Of a stretch of DNA of 64,000 bases, positions 53,136-62,225 are shown piece after piece. A program made the translations under genes and the position numbers. The notes below the pieces were generated by a model. The model had not been told where the DNA came from. It did no database searches and saw only the letters and a list, made by a program, of their open reading frames with translations. Origin of the DNA: a virus; IMG/VR virus record IMGVR_UViG_3300018080_000117, positions 64,001-128,000 of that record; one strand, 5' to 3'. Within the stretch, counting starts at the first letter, position 1, and every line of letters begins with the position of its first letter.

Positions 53136-55573
53136 GTCGGGGTGTAGAGTTTAATGTATCGTACATCGCCATTAGAATCGTAAATTGGTATCCAACTGGC
53201 GTACTCCGCATTGGCTGCAGTGTCTTCGATGTGTTCAAATTTCATACGAGCTTCTAAACTAAGCCCAATGCCCGTGGTGTTGTCGTGGATTGCAGCAACA
53301 CCAACTGCAGTCATCAAAATGGCGCTTCCAACAACTCCAGTTCCGACAGCCCCCCCTTGATAACCGTAGATACCGGTTCCGGAGAGGTTGAATGCCCATA
53401 CTCCAATATCTTGAGTAGCACCACCGTTGTACACATAAACACCTACCTCGGTGCCTGCAGCAGCCTGATTTACGCAAACAACATAAACTCCATACTGGGT
53501 TCCCAGAACAGTGCCTGAAACAGTCGCAATATGGGCGTAGTTGCTTGCATGAGCAGTTACCGCGTAGTAAGACGCGGATACAATAATTCCATACTCACTC
53601 GCTGCTTCCGCAACTATTGCTTTTCTTTGAGCCGTGGCATAAATAGCTGTAGTCGCCGCAGCTTCTGCGTAAACAGCAGTATTGGTTGCACTTGCGCTAA
53701 CTCCCACGTCAGATGCAACGAACCCGCCGCCAATAGTTGTTTCTGCTTGCCCGTAGACCCCAACGTTTCCAGCGCTACCTTCAATTCCCGTATCCGATAC
53801 TGCACGGAAATAAGCAGCAGGACCGGTCTCGACGGCTCCTTGAAGCTTATTTCTAAGGGGTATCGTATGCGCCCCATTTGTATCGTGCTCTTCGTCAATT
53901 CTCAGGCGCACATCTGCAGTAGCCCATTCTCTAATGTCTCTGAGATGGCTTAGCGTTTCTGTAACCAAATCCCAGTTGACAAGCGCCAGTCGTAAAATTC
54001 GCTCGCTCGGCTGATCAATATTATTCATAGCGGTTGTAAAAGTGGTTGAGTTGTCACCACCTAATGCGCCCACGCATCTAACAATCACCCAATTGTCTAA
54101 CGTGTTTGAGTAAAGTTTATAGTATCCGGTGGGATTACCACTAGAATCCAACACAACCGGTACTTCCGATCCTGCTGCTACATCTGTTGCCGCTTGGTAC
54201 GACAGAGTTTGCGTCGTAGAATCCCAAGTAATAGTACAATTGCCCGCAGTGTTATTTTGCATATCAATGAGGTAAATATCAGTATCCCAGAGCGCCGTGT
54301 CAGATATCTGAACTTGACTTTGAGCACCTGCAGAATTGAGATAGATCAAATATTCGCCACTGGCTGAATTGGGGGTAGTGTCAAATTCTACGTAGGCGCT
54401 CACCCCGGCGGCCACATTAGCAATCGTTTCGTAATCAATGCCATCAATCAAAAATTTGTTGTTGCTTCCTCCCAAATTAGTGATCACAATCCGATCGTTG
54501 AACGTATCGATCTCGGTCGCTAATTGAGTTGTATCTGCATCAACACTTATGCCGTTTACATGAAAGTCATCGGCATGGTCGAACGTACCGCCCGTAATGT
54601 CATTTAAGCTAAGTGCGTGAGGATTAGTTGCCGTTGGAATGCCCGTCCCTTGCAAATCTCTGTGAAGACTATCGACCGCACTGTACCTGGGAATAATTGA
54701 ACCGTACAGCGTTTGAATCGTAATGGTTTCGGTTATGTCCGCAGACGGTAGATTACCGTACACAATTGTCAAACGAAGTGTGTATGTCGTGTTCGCGCTA
54801 GATATCTCCAAATTTCCCGAAGACGTGGGTGCAACACCTGTCCCTTCGGTATCACCGGGCGCAGTCCAATATAATTTTTTGGTGCTCCCTTCGTACCGTA
54901 GCGTAGCATTTCCTATCGTAGTTTCATCCGAAATCGTCTCTATCGTGACTCCTGTAATACTCGACGGCTGCAAAGGGATAGGATGCGTTCGGGGCTGGAC
55001 CACCTGAGTCACGTCTGCAAGCGACAGCGCCACCCCAGCGCCGCGCGCCACCACGATCCCTACTAGGATCCTAGTCTGTTTTTGCTCGTTCGTAAGCGCG
55101 CTGTAATCCGCTTCGCGGTAGACTTCGGTGGTGTACTTTTCGGAGACAATTGTCTTGTGCTGGGTAAACGGGTAATCAACCTCGGATAGGGGGACGGTGT
55201 CTTCTTCGGTGTATTTGACAACCACATAGTTAGACTCGCCGTTGCTGTAGCTGGCTAAGCCCAACCCCTGAACGATATACGAACCGCTTAGGCTACCCCC
55301 GCTCGCACTGGTAGTAAGCGTAGAAATACGCTCACCGATGCCATCTCCGGTTACTTCTGTTTGCTTGAATTTACCGCCTGTGTACGCGGTTCCTGCTGCG
55401 ATATCGATCTTTGACGAGTCTGCAGAGTTGATTGTTATCTGAAATCCCGAAACAATCCCCATCTGCGCTGTCGCATCTTGTCGCCTAAGGATCGACCGGG
55501 ACCTAGAACTTTCGGTCCAACTTAGTTGGGTCTCAGTCGGGATCGTGTTGTTGAAGTACTTAGTTCGTTCCAT
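53132..55573 (-). CDS. tail fibre / baseplate-attached protein with C-terminal beta-helical repeats
   Basis: GIVSGF.I...IDIAAGTAY N-domain, TNPH motif, ~10-aa GVYG/AVYA repeats; lies in the baseplate operon. Confidence 0.7.
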   Translation of the reverse strand: MERTKYFNNTIPTETQLSWTESSRSRSILRRQDATAQMGIVSGFQITINSADSSKIDIAAGTAYTGGKFKQTEVTGDGIGERISTLTTSASGGSLSGSYIVQGLGLASYSNGESNYVVVKYTEEDTVPLSEVDYPFTQHKTIVSEKYTTEVYREADYSALTNEQKQTRILVGIVVARGAGVALSLADVTQVVQPRTHPIPLQPSSITGVTIETISDETTIGNATLRYEGSTKKLYWTAPGDTEGTGVAPTSSGNLEISSANTTYTLRLTIVYGNLPSADITETITIQTLYGSIIPRYSAVDSLHRDLQGTGIPTATNPHALSLNDITGGTFDHADDFHVNGISVDADTTQLATEIDTFNDRIVITNLGGSNNKFLIDGIDYETIANVAAGVSAYVEFDTTPNSASGEYLIYLNSAGAQSQVQISDTALWDTDIYLIDMQNNTAGNCTITWDSTTQTLSYQAATDVAAGSEVPVVLDSSGNPTGYYKLYSNTLDNWVIVRCVGALGGDNSTTFTTAMNNIDQPSERILRLALVNWDLVTETLSHLRDIREWATADVRLRIDEEHDTNGAHTIPLRNKLQGAVETGPAAYFRAVSDTGIEGSAGNVGVYGQAETTIGGGFVASDVGVSASATNTAVYAEAAATTAIYATAQRKAIVAEAASEYGIIVSASYYAVTAHASNYAHIATVSGTVLGTQYGVYVVCVNQAAAGTEVGVYVYNGGATQDIGVWAFNLSGTGIYGYQGGAVGTGVVGSAILMTAVGVAAIHDNTTGIGLSLEARMKFEHIEDTAANAEYASWIPIYDSNGDVRYIKLYTPT

Positions 55574-55582
55574 TGTAGCTCC

Positions 55583-57310
55583 TTAGGCTAAAAGCCTGAA
55601 TCCGGAAGGCCAGTTTCTCTTTGCTTGATAAGGTCTCAAAGCTAAGCTTACAAATTCGTAGTCGTAAGTATTTTCCACATCCTGTAACGTTACTCGAAAT
55701 TGAATAAACTGTTTATCGAGCGTTAGTAACTCCCCTATGTGGTAAGTCACTTCAGTCCAATCCGAAGAAGTAACTTCTGCCGTGCTGTCTCCTTTGCGGT
55801 AGTACACTTTTCTTGAAACATCTGGGTTGTAAAGCCTGTCGAGGACGCTTAGCTCGTACCCCGACGCCGCAACCGTTATTGTTGATCCAGACACAGGTGC
55901 GGTGGTTGTCGAAATTGACGGGCTTATCAACGAGCACGAACCCGTTCCTTGTGGTTCAATTCCGTTGTCATCGTTGAGCCGCATGTTGTTCAACGTGCTG
56001 TTTTCGAGCCCGTTGTAGTCCTCAGCGAACATAATGTAATTTTCTGGTTGCGCTTCATCCCTCAGAAACCAATGGGTCGGAGCTAAGTCCGCTACCGAAT
56101 TTTGCACCAGATCGTAAGCTTCCCCACTCGCTGACGTGCTTAGTGTGTTGGTGCCGAGCACCTCAATCTGAATACCGTACCTAAGCCCGTCCTGGCCCAG
56201 CAGGACGTTGTCAACGCCTAAGGTGCTAGCTCCTATCACCCACGCATTTGGACGGTCTTCAAGCCGTCTAAAAAAGCTCGGGTAACGGTTGTATCCACCG
56301 ATCGCATTCTGCAACGCTTGAATTGTCCCCGGATTAGTCGCGGCAAACCAGAGATCCTGAACACGTTTCTTAGTTCTGCTCTCGTTTGCGTAAACAGAGT
56401 AAGTTGGAAATACTTCAGAAAAACCTAAGTTACTGTCCGCATCTAAAAGCTTGTAGTCGCGCACCGCCGAAAACAACGCTGCCTGGTTTGCCCCCACAAC
56501 ACGGCTTTGCAGCGTGCGGATAAAGGCCATTTCAACAGAGTCTTCGTTATCTACATCCCAAAAAGTGTTGTCAAGCAAGTCCCATTGGTAGTCAGGTTGG
56601 ACAGTATCCTCTGTTGTGATCTTTGTCGTAACCCCGCCGATGTCGACGTAAGTCGTCTGCAAAGGATTTGCAACACCTTTGTTAATAGCAGGAGACACGT
56701 AGTCAGGGGTAAAGTTTTCGTTCTTTTCGTCAATGAACAAAGGCTTTTCGGTGTATGCGTTTTCACCTTGGGTAATATCGGGGTCAAAATTAGCTACACC
56801 GTATTTGATGAAGTTGTCGATCGACACTGTGCCCAAGGCATTGATTGCCACACCCGCGTTGAATGACCGATGCTCTTCAGCGTTCGACATGCTGATATTT
56901 TTTAGTTCTGTATCTGACCCCAACGACAAATGGGTGTTGCAGTTGTACGTTGTGTTGTTGTAGATGTTGGGAAGGTTGGATCTGCTTCCAGCAACCAATC
57001 CAAAGTCGCAGCGCGTTTGGGTGTTGTAAACAAGTATTGCTGTGCCCTGTACGCCTCCAGACAACAAACCGCAACTAACCAACTGCATTCCGATCGACAC
57101 TTCTTGATCTCGAAACGGGTCGATATCAGGTTTTGCTGATAGCGTAGACGCTTGGTTGCGGTAAGCCCGAAGCGACTTGCAATTTGCAATATAAATTCCG
57201 GTAACCGAAGCATTGTCACTTTTCAGGTTTGTTACTCTATTGCCTCGCACCACTACAGTACCGGATTTTATTACTGTGACGTTATCGATAAAAAAAGCGG
57301 GAATTGCCAT
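55583..57310 (-). CDS. baseplate wedge-like protein with an N-terminal parallel beta-helix
   Basis: YNN/NCN beta-helix repeats, P.F.D....F.P...SPAINKG motif, GTIQALQNAI wedge-like segment. Confidence 0.6.
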   Translation of the reverse strand: MAIPAFFIDNVTVIKSGTVVVRGNRVTNLKSDNASVTGIYIANCKSLRAYRNQASTLSAKPDIDPFRDQEVSIGMQLVSCGLLSGGVQGTAILVYNTQTRCDFGLVAGSRSNLPNIYNNTTYNCNTHLSLGSDTELKNISMSNAEEHRSFNAGVAINALGTVSIDNFIKYGVANFDPDITQGENAYTEKPLFIDEKNENFTPDYVSPAINKGVANPLQTTYVDIGGVTTKITTEDTVQPDYQWDLLDNTFWDVDNEDSVEMAFIRTLQSRVVGANQAALFSAVRDYKLLDADSNLGFSEVFPTYSVYANESRTKKRVQDLWFAATNPGTIQALQNAIGGYNRYPSFFRRLEDRPNAWVIGASTLGVDNVLLGQDGLRYGIQIEVLGTNTLSTSASGEAYDLVQNSVADLAPTHWFLRDEAQPENYIMFAEDYNGLENSTLNNMRLNDDNGIEPQGTGSCSLISPSISTTTAPVSGSTITVAASGYELSVLDRLYNPDVSRKVYYRKGDSTAEVTSSDWTEVTYHIGELLTLDKQFIQFRVTLQDVENTYDYEFVSLALRPYQAKRNWPSGFRLLA

Positions 57311-57320
57311 CTGAACTCCC

Positions 57321-58646
57321 TTACCCTTGCACTCTCAAAGTTACGGTCGGTTTAATATCATCTACTTTTATCCAATCATACTGACCAAAACCTATAATTA
57401 GAATTGTATGCCACTCATCTTTTAGAACAGACCAAGGTCCGGTAGGTGCATACGCAACCATTGGGTTGCCAACGTTAATTCCGGTAGTCCCGTCTGCTGC
57501 CATGTAGTCTAAAGGATTAGCTGCAGGAGAAGGGAGTTCCCAAATTTCCCCAGACATGTACAAAGCAGTTCCAAACGGGTTAGTCAACCACCCGTAGGAT
57601 TGTATAATGGGCCCAGACACAGACAAACCGTAAACCGAATAACCAACATAAATTATGGTTGGGTTGTACTCTCTTTGACCGTAATAACCATAATACCTGG
57701 GGGTGCTGTAAAATTTGGCGTATACAACATCTCCTGTTACAGGAGCCTGCCACCGCCTATAATGTTTACCAATAGCGTCTGACCCTCGTACAACTTCGTT
57801 ACTAGTCAACTGCGTCGAGCTTTCTGAAAAATTTACACCGTTGGTTTCAGGAAACGTGTTTTTGCCACCTATTCCAAAATATGATATTTCTTGGTCTGGG
57901 GGTTGTGGAGGGGTGGTAATAGTAATTTCTACTTCCCACAAATTGCCACCAAGGTCTGTGTAAGTAACAGTGCCTGAATCGTCTGGGGGAGTAGCGCCAC
58001 CACCAGGAGGCACGTAGCCTGCAGGAGGTTCAGGACCGTACAGTTCTTTCGCTTGAAACTGTATGGAGTCGGAACCAGAAAGATCTACTACCTGACTAAC
58101 TTCAAATACTGATCCTACTGACGAAGAGCCGAATGCGCTTCCCCCCAACTCGTCGCCCAAGCACATTGCATAGCGACCGTTACCAGTACGAAAATTAGTA
58201 GGCTCCACACGCCCTCGGGTTATCCCTGCGAGGTTTTGCAAAGCACCTGCGGTGTCAGTTACCCCCCAATGCTTAGCGTAGCCAGGAAGCTCCCCAGGGC
58301 TTTCAAAACCACCGTTTTTTACGCCAAAGGTTCCTGAAAAAGAGGGCTCTTCAGCGACAACCCCAGTTGCAGTTTGCGGGACGGAAAAAGAGTAAGTCCA
58401 CGTTTTTTGCGTTGGCAGATCACGGTCTACAGTAAGTTTTACTAGATACGCCCCAAAAGCATCGGAACGAAGTCTTGTGCTTACTCCAGTTGTCGGCACA
58501 ATGTCTTTTGTAGATTTCTCGGGCTTAGACAGCAACGTCCATTCGTAGCGCTTGTAACCTGCAGGGCCGGTAAGTCCCACTAAAGACCCTACGGTCGCAT
58601 TTTTCGGGAGGCTCCCTGATCCCTCTAAAAGCAAAGCAGTGATCAC
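57321..58646 (-). CDS. virion structural protein (PKD-like and carbohydrate-binding-like domains)
   Basis: YEWTLLSKP...D..G.Y.VKLTV and VKNGGFESPG; GTG start overlaps the upstream stop. Confidence 0.6.
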   Translation of the reverse strand: MITALLLEGSGSLPKNATVGSLVGLTGPAGYKRYEWTLLSKPEKSTKDIVPTTGVSTRLRSDAFGAYLVKLTVDRDLPTQKTWTYSFSVPQTATGVVAEEPSFSGTFGVKNGGFESPGELPGYAKHWGVTDTAGALQNLAGITRGRVEPTNFRTGNGRYAMCLGDELGGSAFGSSSVGSVFEVSQVVDLSGSDSIQFQAKELYGPEPPAGYVPPGGGATPPDDSGTVTYTDLGGNLWEVEITITTPPQPPDQEISYFGIGGKNTFPETNGVNFSESSTQLTSNEVVRGSDAIGKHYRRWQAPVTGDVVYAKFYSTPRYYGYYGQREYNPTIIYVGYSVYGLSVSGPIIQSYGWLTNPFGTALYMSGEIWELPSPAANPLDYMAADGTTGINVGNPMVAYAPTGPWSVLKDEWHTILIIGFGQYDWIKVDDIKPTVTLRVQG

Positions 58647-59233
58647 GACGCACCGCCGTCGACATAAATTCCCCAAACGTCGCCTTGCACTCCCGAAAGT
58701 TCAGTAACGGAACAATCGATTACGTCTAACCCTAGAGTTCGGATCCCATAAAGATTGTCTCTGGCAGACAGATCCGCAACGTCGCAGTCCTTTATCCTGC
58801 CTGACCCAGCGGCGAAAATTCCGTAAGCGTCTCCACTAGGAACCACAAATCCCTGGACCGAACAAGTAAAACAAATAAAGTTTTGTACGCTTTCGGCGTA
58901 GATACCAATTAAGTTTCCGCTAGAATCCGCTGCTTGCAGAATGTTTACTCCTACGATCGAAAATCTCGGAGAGTCGAGGATTACAACACCAGCTCGATGC
59001 ACCGTTGTTTTTTGCGGTTGGATGTAAACTGCTTGAGGGTTTTCAGCAAAAATGCTTCCCTCTTTTCCAGACACCACAACAGAGTCTACCGGTGTGTATG
59101 TCCCGTCTAAAATTCTAATCTGATCTTTGTCTTCAAAAACAGTAAGAGCTTTTTCGATTGTCTTGTAAGGGTTGTCTCGACTACCACTTCCGGTAGTATC
59201 GTTTCCTGTCGTGGCTACCCAATGGATGCTCAC
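58643..59233 (-). CDS. DUF1565/pectin-lyase-like beta-helix protein
   Basis: WVATTGNDTTGSGS.DNPYKTI.KAL...I.ILDGTY. Confidence 0.75.
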   Translation of the reverse strand: MSIHWVATTGNDTTGSGSRDNPYKTIEKALTVFEDKDQIRILDGTYTPVDSVVVSGKEGSIFAENPQAVYIQPQKTTVHRAGVVILDSPRFSIVGVNILQAADSSGNLIGIYAESVQNFICFTCSVQGFVVPSGDAYGIFAAGSGRIKDCDVADLSARDNLYGIRTLGLDVIDCSVTELSGVQGDVWGIYVDGGAS

Positions 59234-59526
59234 GAAATCCTCCTAATCCTAAACTGCACCAACTGCTGACCTTCGTAATTTGAGGTAGGTACTGTAATTG
59301 ATTGTTGCTCAAAAGAGTAGGGGGTAGACCACACAACAACCCCGCCGATTAGCATTTCCGCCATCCACGTCCCTGCACCCGGCGTTGGGCTCGGGCCTGG
59401 ACCAGGACCGGGTCCTGGCCCCGAACCTCCTAACGAGACAACAGGAAAAGCTCCGTCGTCGAAGCCTTCTACGGTGGCTTCGGAGCGGTAGTAAGAAGGG
59501 AATGCGCCGTCTTGACCAGAAGGCAT
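59230..59526 (-). CDS. small structural protein with a (PG)n linker
   Basis: GPGPGPGPGPSPTPG; duplicated DGAFP motif. Confidence 0.55.
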   Translation of the reverse strand: MPSGQDGAFPSYYRSEATVEGFDDGAFPVVSLGGSGPGPGPGPGPSPTPGAGTWMAEMLIGGVVVWSTPYSFEQQSITVPTSNYEGQQLVQFRIRRIS

Positions 59527-59528
59527 TT

Positions 59529-60944
59529 TTACACCACCACAGCAGACCCGTAAACTATGTGCTGCTTATTGCTAATGGTGATTTGTTCGTTCACGGGTTG
59601 GTAAACTGTACCGTTTTCACCCGTCAAAAGGTAACTATTCAGGGTAACGGCATCGACATTGTTTACGGGAAAATCTCCGTAGCCTTGTTGCAGCACGATA
59701 ATTAAATCGCTCTTCTGCAAACCATCACCTAAACGGTATTGTTCGCTAACGTACTGACTAAGGGCGTTACGTACCGTATTGCGCGTAGAAGGTCCGTCAG
59801 CATTGGCCTTTAGCGTCAACGTTGCGTTCAAGGTTAGGCTTAGTGGGTAAGCTCTCTTTAGCAAGATGCCTGCGGTCAAAACACGTTGAGCTGGCTGGTT
59901 GATCGTTGCTTGCGAGTTGTGCAAACGAGAAACGTACGTGTAGGTAACGCTTATCTGCGATCCTACCGCAATCGGCAAGGTGTTAAAGGAGACGTAGTCT
60001 TGAGCGTAGTAACTCCTACGAAGAGGCGATGTCTCGTCAACGTTTGCGCTGTACTGAGATGTTGTTAGAGCACCTATTTGCTGTGTTGTAACGGACGTCA
60101 CCGCTAGCACCGGACGTTTCGTTAGGTAGTACTCTGTTTGCGCCGGGTTGTAGTTGAACGTATCTGTTTGCGTATCGGTGGAGTAGTCAACGACAAAAGC
60201 ATCAACCCCATTAGCTCTTTCGTAACCTTCTTCTTCTGCTCTTATCACTTCTGCGTCAACAAACCCCAATCCGCGCAAATAACGGCTCAAGCCGTTGCGC
60301 GTCGAAAGCGCTCTACCTGTTTTGTAAAGTCGGACACGCTCCCTAAGGTCGTCGTCGCTTTCTTCGTCGGTACCTCCTGTGGCGGCAGACAGATTAGTAA
60401 CGCCTTCGATCTGATCTACGTTTGTAACCAAGCTCGTCAAAAAGTTAGATGCGACGTTGCCTATAACACCCCTTGTTGTTGCGGTAGCGGTTACCGTAAA
60501 TTCGTAGCGACCGCGATCGAAAGAGTAGTAAGATCCAACGTCACTAACCGCAAAACGGTTTTCTGCGTCTACTTCGAAAGTGATCGCGTTTGAAAAAGCT
60601 GTCCCTGTTGTTCTAACCTGTGCGTCGGCTGGGATAACAACGTCTTCAGTGGGCGCTGTTGCGGCGTAAAAAGTAAGACTCGCTGTGGCAAAATCCCCAG
60701 GTAACTTAACCAAATTAAAATTCGAAGCTTCGTTTTCTAAGTCCTGCCCGCTGATCTCACTAAGGATGTGAAGGTTTTTTACTGCCTCCACCTGGTCAAG
60801 GACAAGCTTAGCTGCAACAGAGTAGGGCGTGAGAATCAAGTCCTGAATCAAACTATTTTCAGAGACATCCAAATACGGGTTCTTCGCTCTCAAAAAAGTT
60901 TTGATCTCTGCCAACAGCACCTGGATCGACTTTGTATCTGCCAT
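59529..60944 (-). CDS. baseplate J/gp47-family protein
   Basis: A...LTF...VIP..., G..GNV, V.N..AATGG.DEESDDDLRER. Confidence 0.9.
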   Translation of the reverse strand: MADTKSIQVLLAEIKTFLRAKNPYLDVSENSLIQDLILTPYSVAAKLVLDQVEAVKNLHILSEISGQDLENEASNFNLVKLPGDFATASLTFYAATAPTEDVVIPADAQVRTTGTAFSNAITFEVDAENRFAVSDVGSYYSFDRGRYEFTVTATATTRGVIGNVASNFLTSLVTNVDQIEGVTNLSAATGGTDEESDDDLRERVRLYKTGRALSTRNGLSRYLRGLGFVDAEVIRAEEEGYERANGVDAFVVDYSTDTQTDTFNYNPAQTEYYLTKRPVLAVTSVTTQQIGALTTSQYSANVDETSPLRRSYYAQDYVSFNTLPIAVGSQISVTYTYVSRLHNSQATINQPAQRVLTAGILLKRAYPLSLTLNATLTLKANADGPSTRNTVRNALSQYVSEQYRLGDGLQKSDLIIVLQQGYGDFPVNNVDAVTLNSYLLTGENGTVYQPVNEQITISNKQHIVYGSAVVV

Positions 60945-60953
60945 TATTGCCCT

Positions 60954-61691
60954 CTAAGGAGTCTGAGATCCGATAGGCGAAATTGTAGTTTGCGTCCCTG
61001 CATAATCTTGCAGTTTAACGTCTATGATGTATTTTCTTGGATCTGTCCCACCCTTCAACGCGGTCTCCTGCACAACAAAAACGTCAATGATTTTATCCAA
61101 AATCTCTGTTGCCTTAAACGTCTTTGTGTAGTCTACGTAAAACGTAACTTGACTGTTTTGAACTAATGCAACCGAGTAAGTCCCTTGGGCTGTCGAAGAC
61201 GTTGCCGCCTGGGCTTGTGGGGTGAGGCTAAACGTATCGACAAAGGGAGACTCAAAAGACGTGTTGAAAACTCTGGTAATTCCGTAGTCATAAGTTGTTC
61301 CGTTATACACGTCTGTATCTACAAACGAGTATTTTATTCCCTTACCGGAAATTCGAGCGTACTCTTCGTTTGTTCCTGCCGCACGTCTCCAAACGGAGTA
61401 CCCCGTAAGGTTGGGATCGTTTCGATTGACGTAGTTGAGTTGTTTTAGTCGATACTGCCTAAGTAAGTTTACTACCATGGTTCGAATAGCCCGAACGTTT
61501 GACGTTTTTGTATTGAGCCAATTTTGATTACCAGCCTGGTCATTGACGATTGCGCGGATTATTTGAGTTTGGAGTTTAGCTGTGCCTTCGACAAGCTCAA
61601 GGTCTCCGGTTGGGCTAAGTTTCAAGGTTGACTTTGATCGCCCTTCAACCGGCAAATCGACTTTTAGTTCGTATTGCGTCGTACTGGCCAT
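60954..61691 (-). CDS. baseplate wedge gp25-like protein with an inserted FN3-like domain
   Basis: GDLELVEG..KL..QI and EIL..I...V; inserted GYSVWRR...FVDTDV.NGTTY.Y. Confidence 0.65.
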   Translation of the reverse strand: MASTTQYELKVDLPVEGRSKSTLKLSPTGDLELVEGTAKLQTQIIRAIVNDQAGNQNWLNTKTSNVRAIRTMVVNLLRQYRLKQLNYVNRNDPNLTGYSVWRRAAGTNEEYARISGKGIKYSFVDTDVYNGTTYDYGITRVFNTSFESPFVDTFSLTPQAQAATSSTAQGTYSVALVQNSQVTFYVDYTKTFKATEILDKIIDVFVVQETALKGGTDPRKYIIDVKLQDYAGTQTTISPIGSQTP

Positions 61692-62149
61692 TAGCAATAC
61701 TCCAACGCCTCGATAATCCCTTCCAGCACTTCTAGAATGGCGGTAAGGCGAGACTGTTGCTGAGAGTTTTTTTCCAAAGCTAAGATGAAATTTTGGATTT
61801 CAAACTCGGCTTCTTCGACCCTTTCCAAAACAAACGAGTCAAGGTCACGTATTGCTTTTGAAAAAGTTCCTACTGGGGAGCAATCGGCGTAAGGCCTAGT
61901 TAGGTTGTCTAAGTACTTCAGCGGTTGCTGAACGGGCTCTACCAGTGTCTTAGCCAATTCTAAACTAAGTTCGAGTCCTTTTGCAGCTAAGCGATCCTCG
62001 TAGTCATTGCGCAAGAGGGCTTCAAAAGCAATTGTGACTTCTACAATCGCTTTGACTGATTCGACAAACGCTTTTAGCTGTTTTGCAACAGGGGCACCTA
62101 CGGTGCCCACCCAACTGCATAAACAGTCGTCATAATCTTCGAGTGCCAT
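61691..62149 (-). CDS. hypothetical protein (baseplate region)
   Basis: 152-aa helical ORF at the head of the leftward operon. Confidence 0.55.
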   Translation of the reverse strand: MALEDYDDCLCSWVGTVGAPVAKQLKAFVESVKAIVEVTIAFEALLRNDYEDRLAAKGLELSLELAKTLVEPVQQPLKYLDNLTRPYADCSPVGTFSKAIRDLDSFVLERVEEAEFEIQNFILALEKNSQQQSRLTAILEVLEGIIEALEYC

Positions 62150-62225
62150 ACCGCTAAGTTACCGGATCACCGCTTGCACTCGTTAATCCTTGTTGGGATA
62201 TTCTTGAAAGCTAAAGGAGGGATTA

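Noticed and set aside
53132-59233. Diversity-generating retroelement targeting the tail fibre
   Set aside because: No reverse transcriptase, and no template/variable repeat pair seen in this window.
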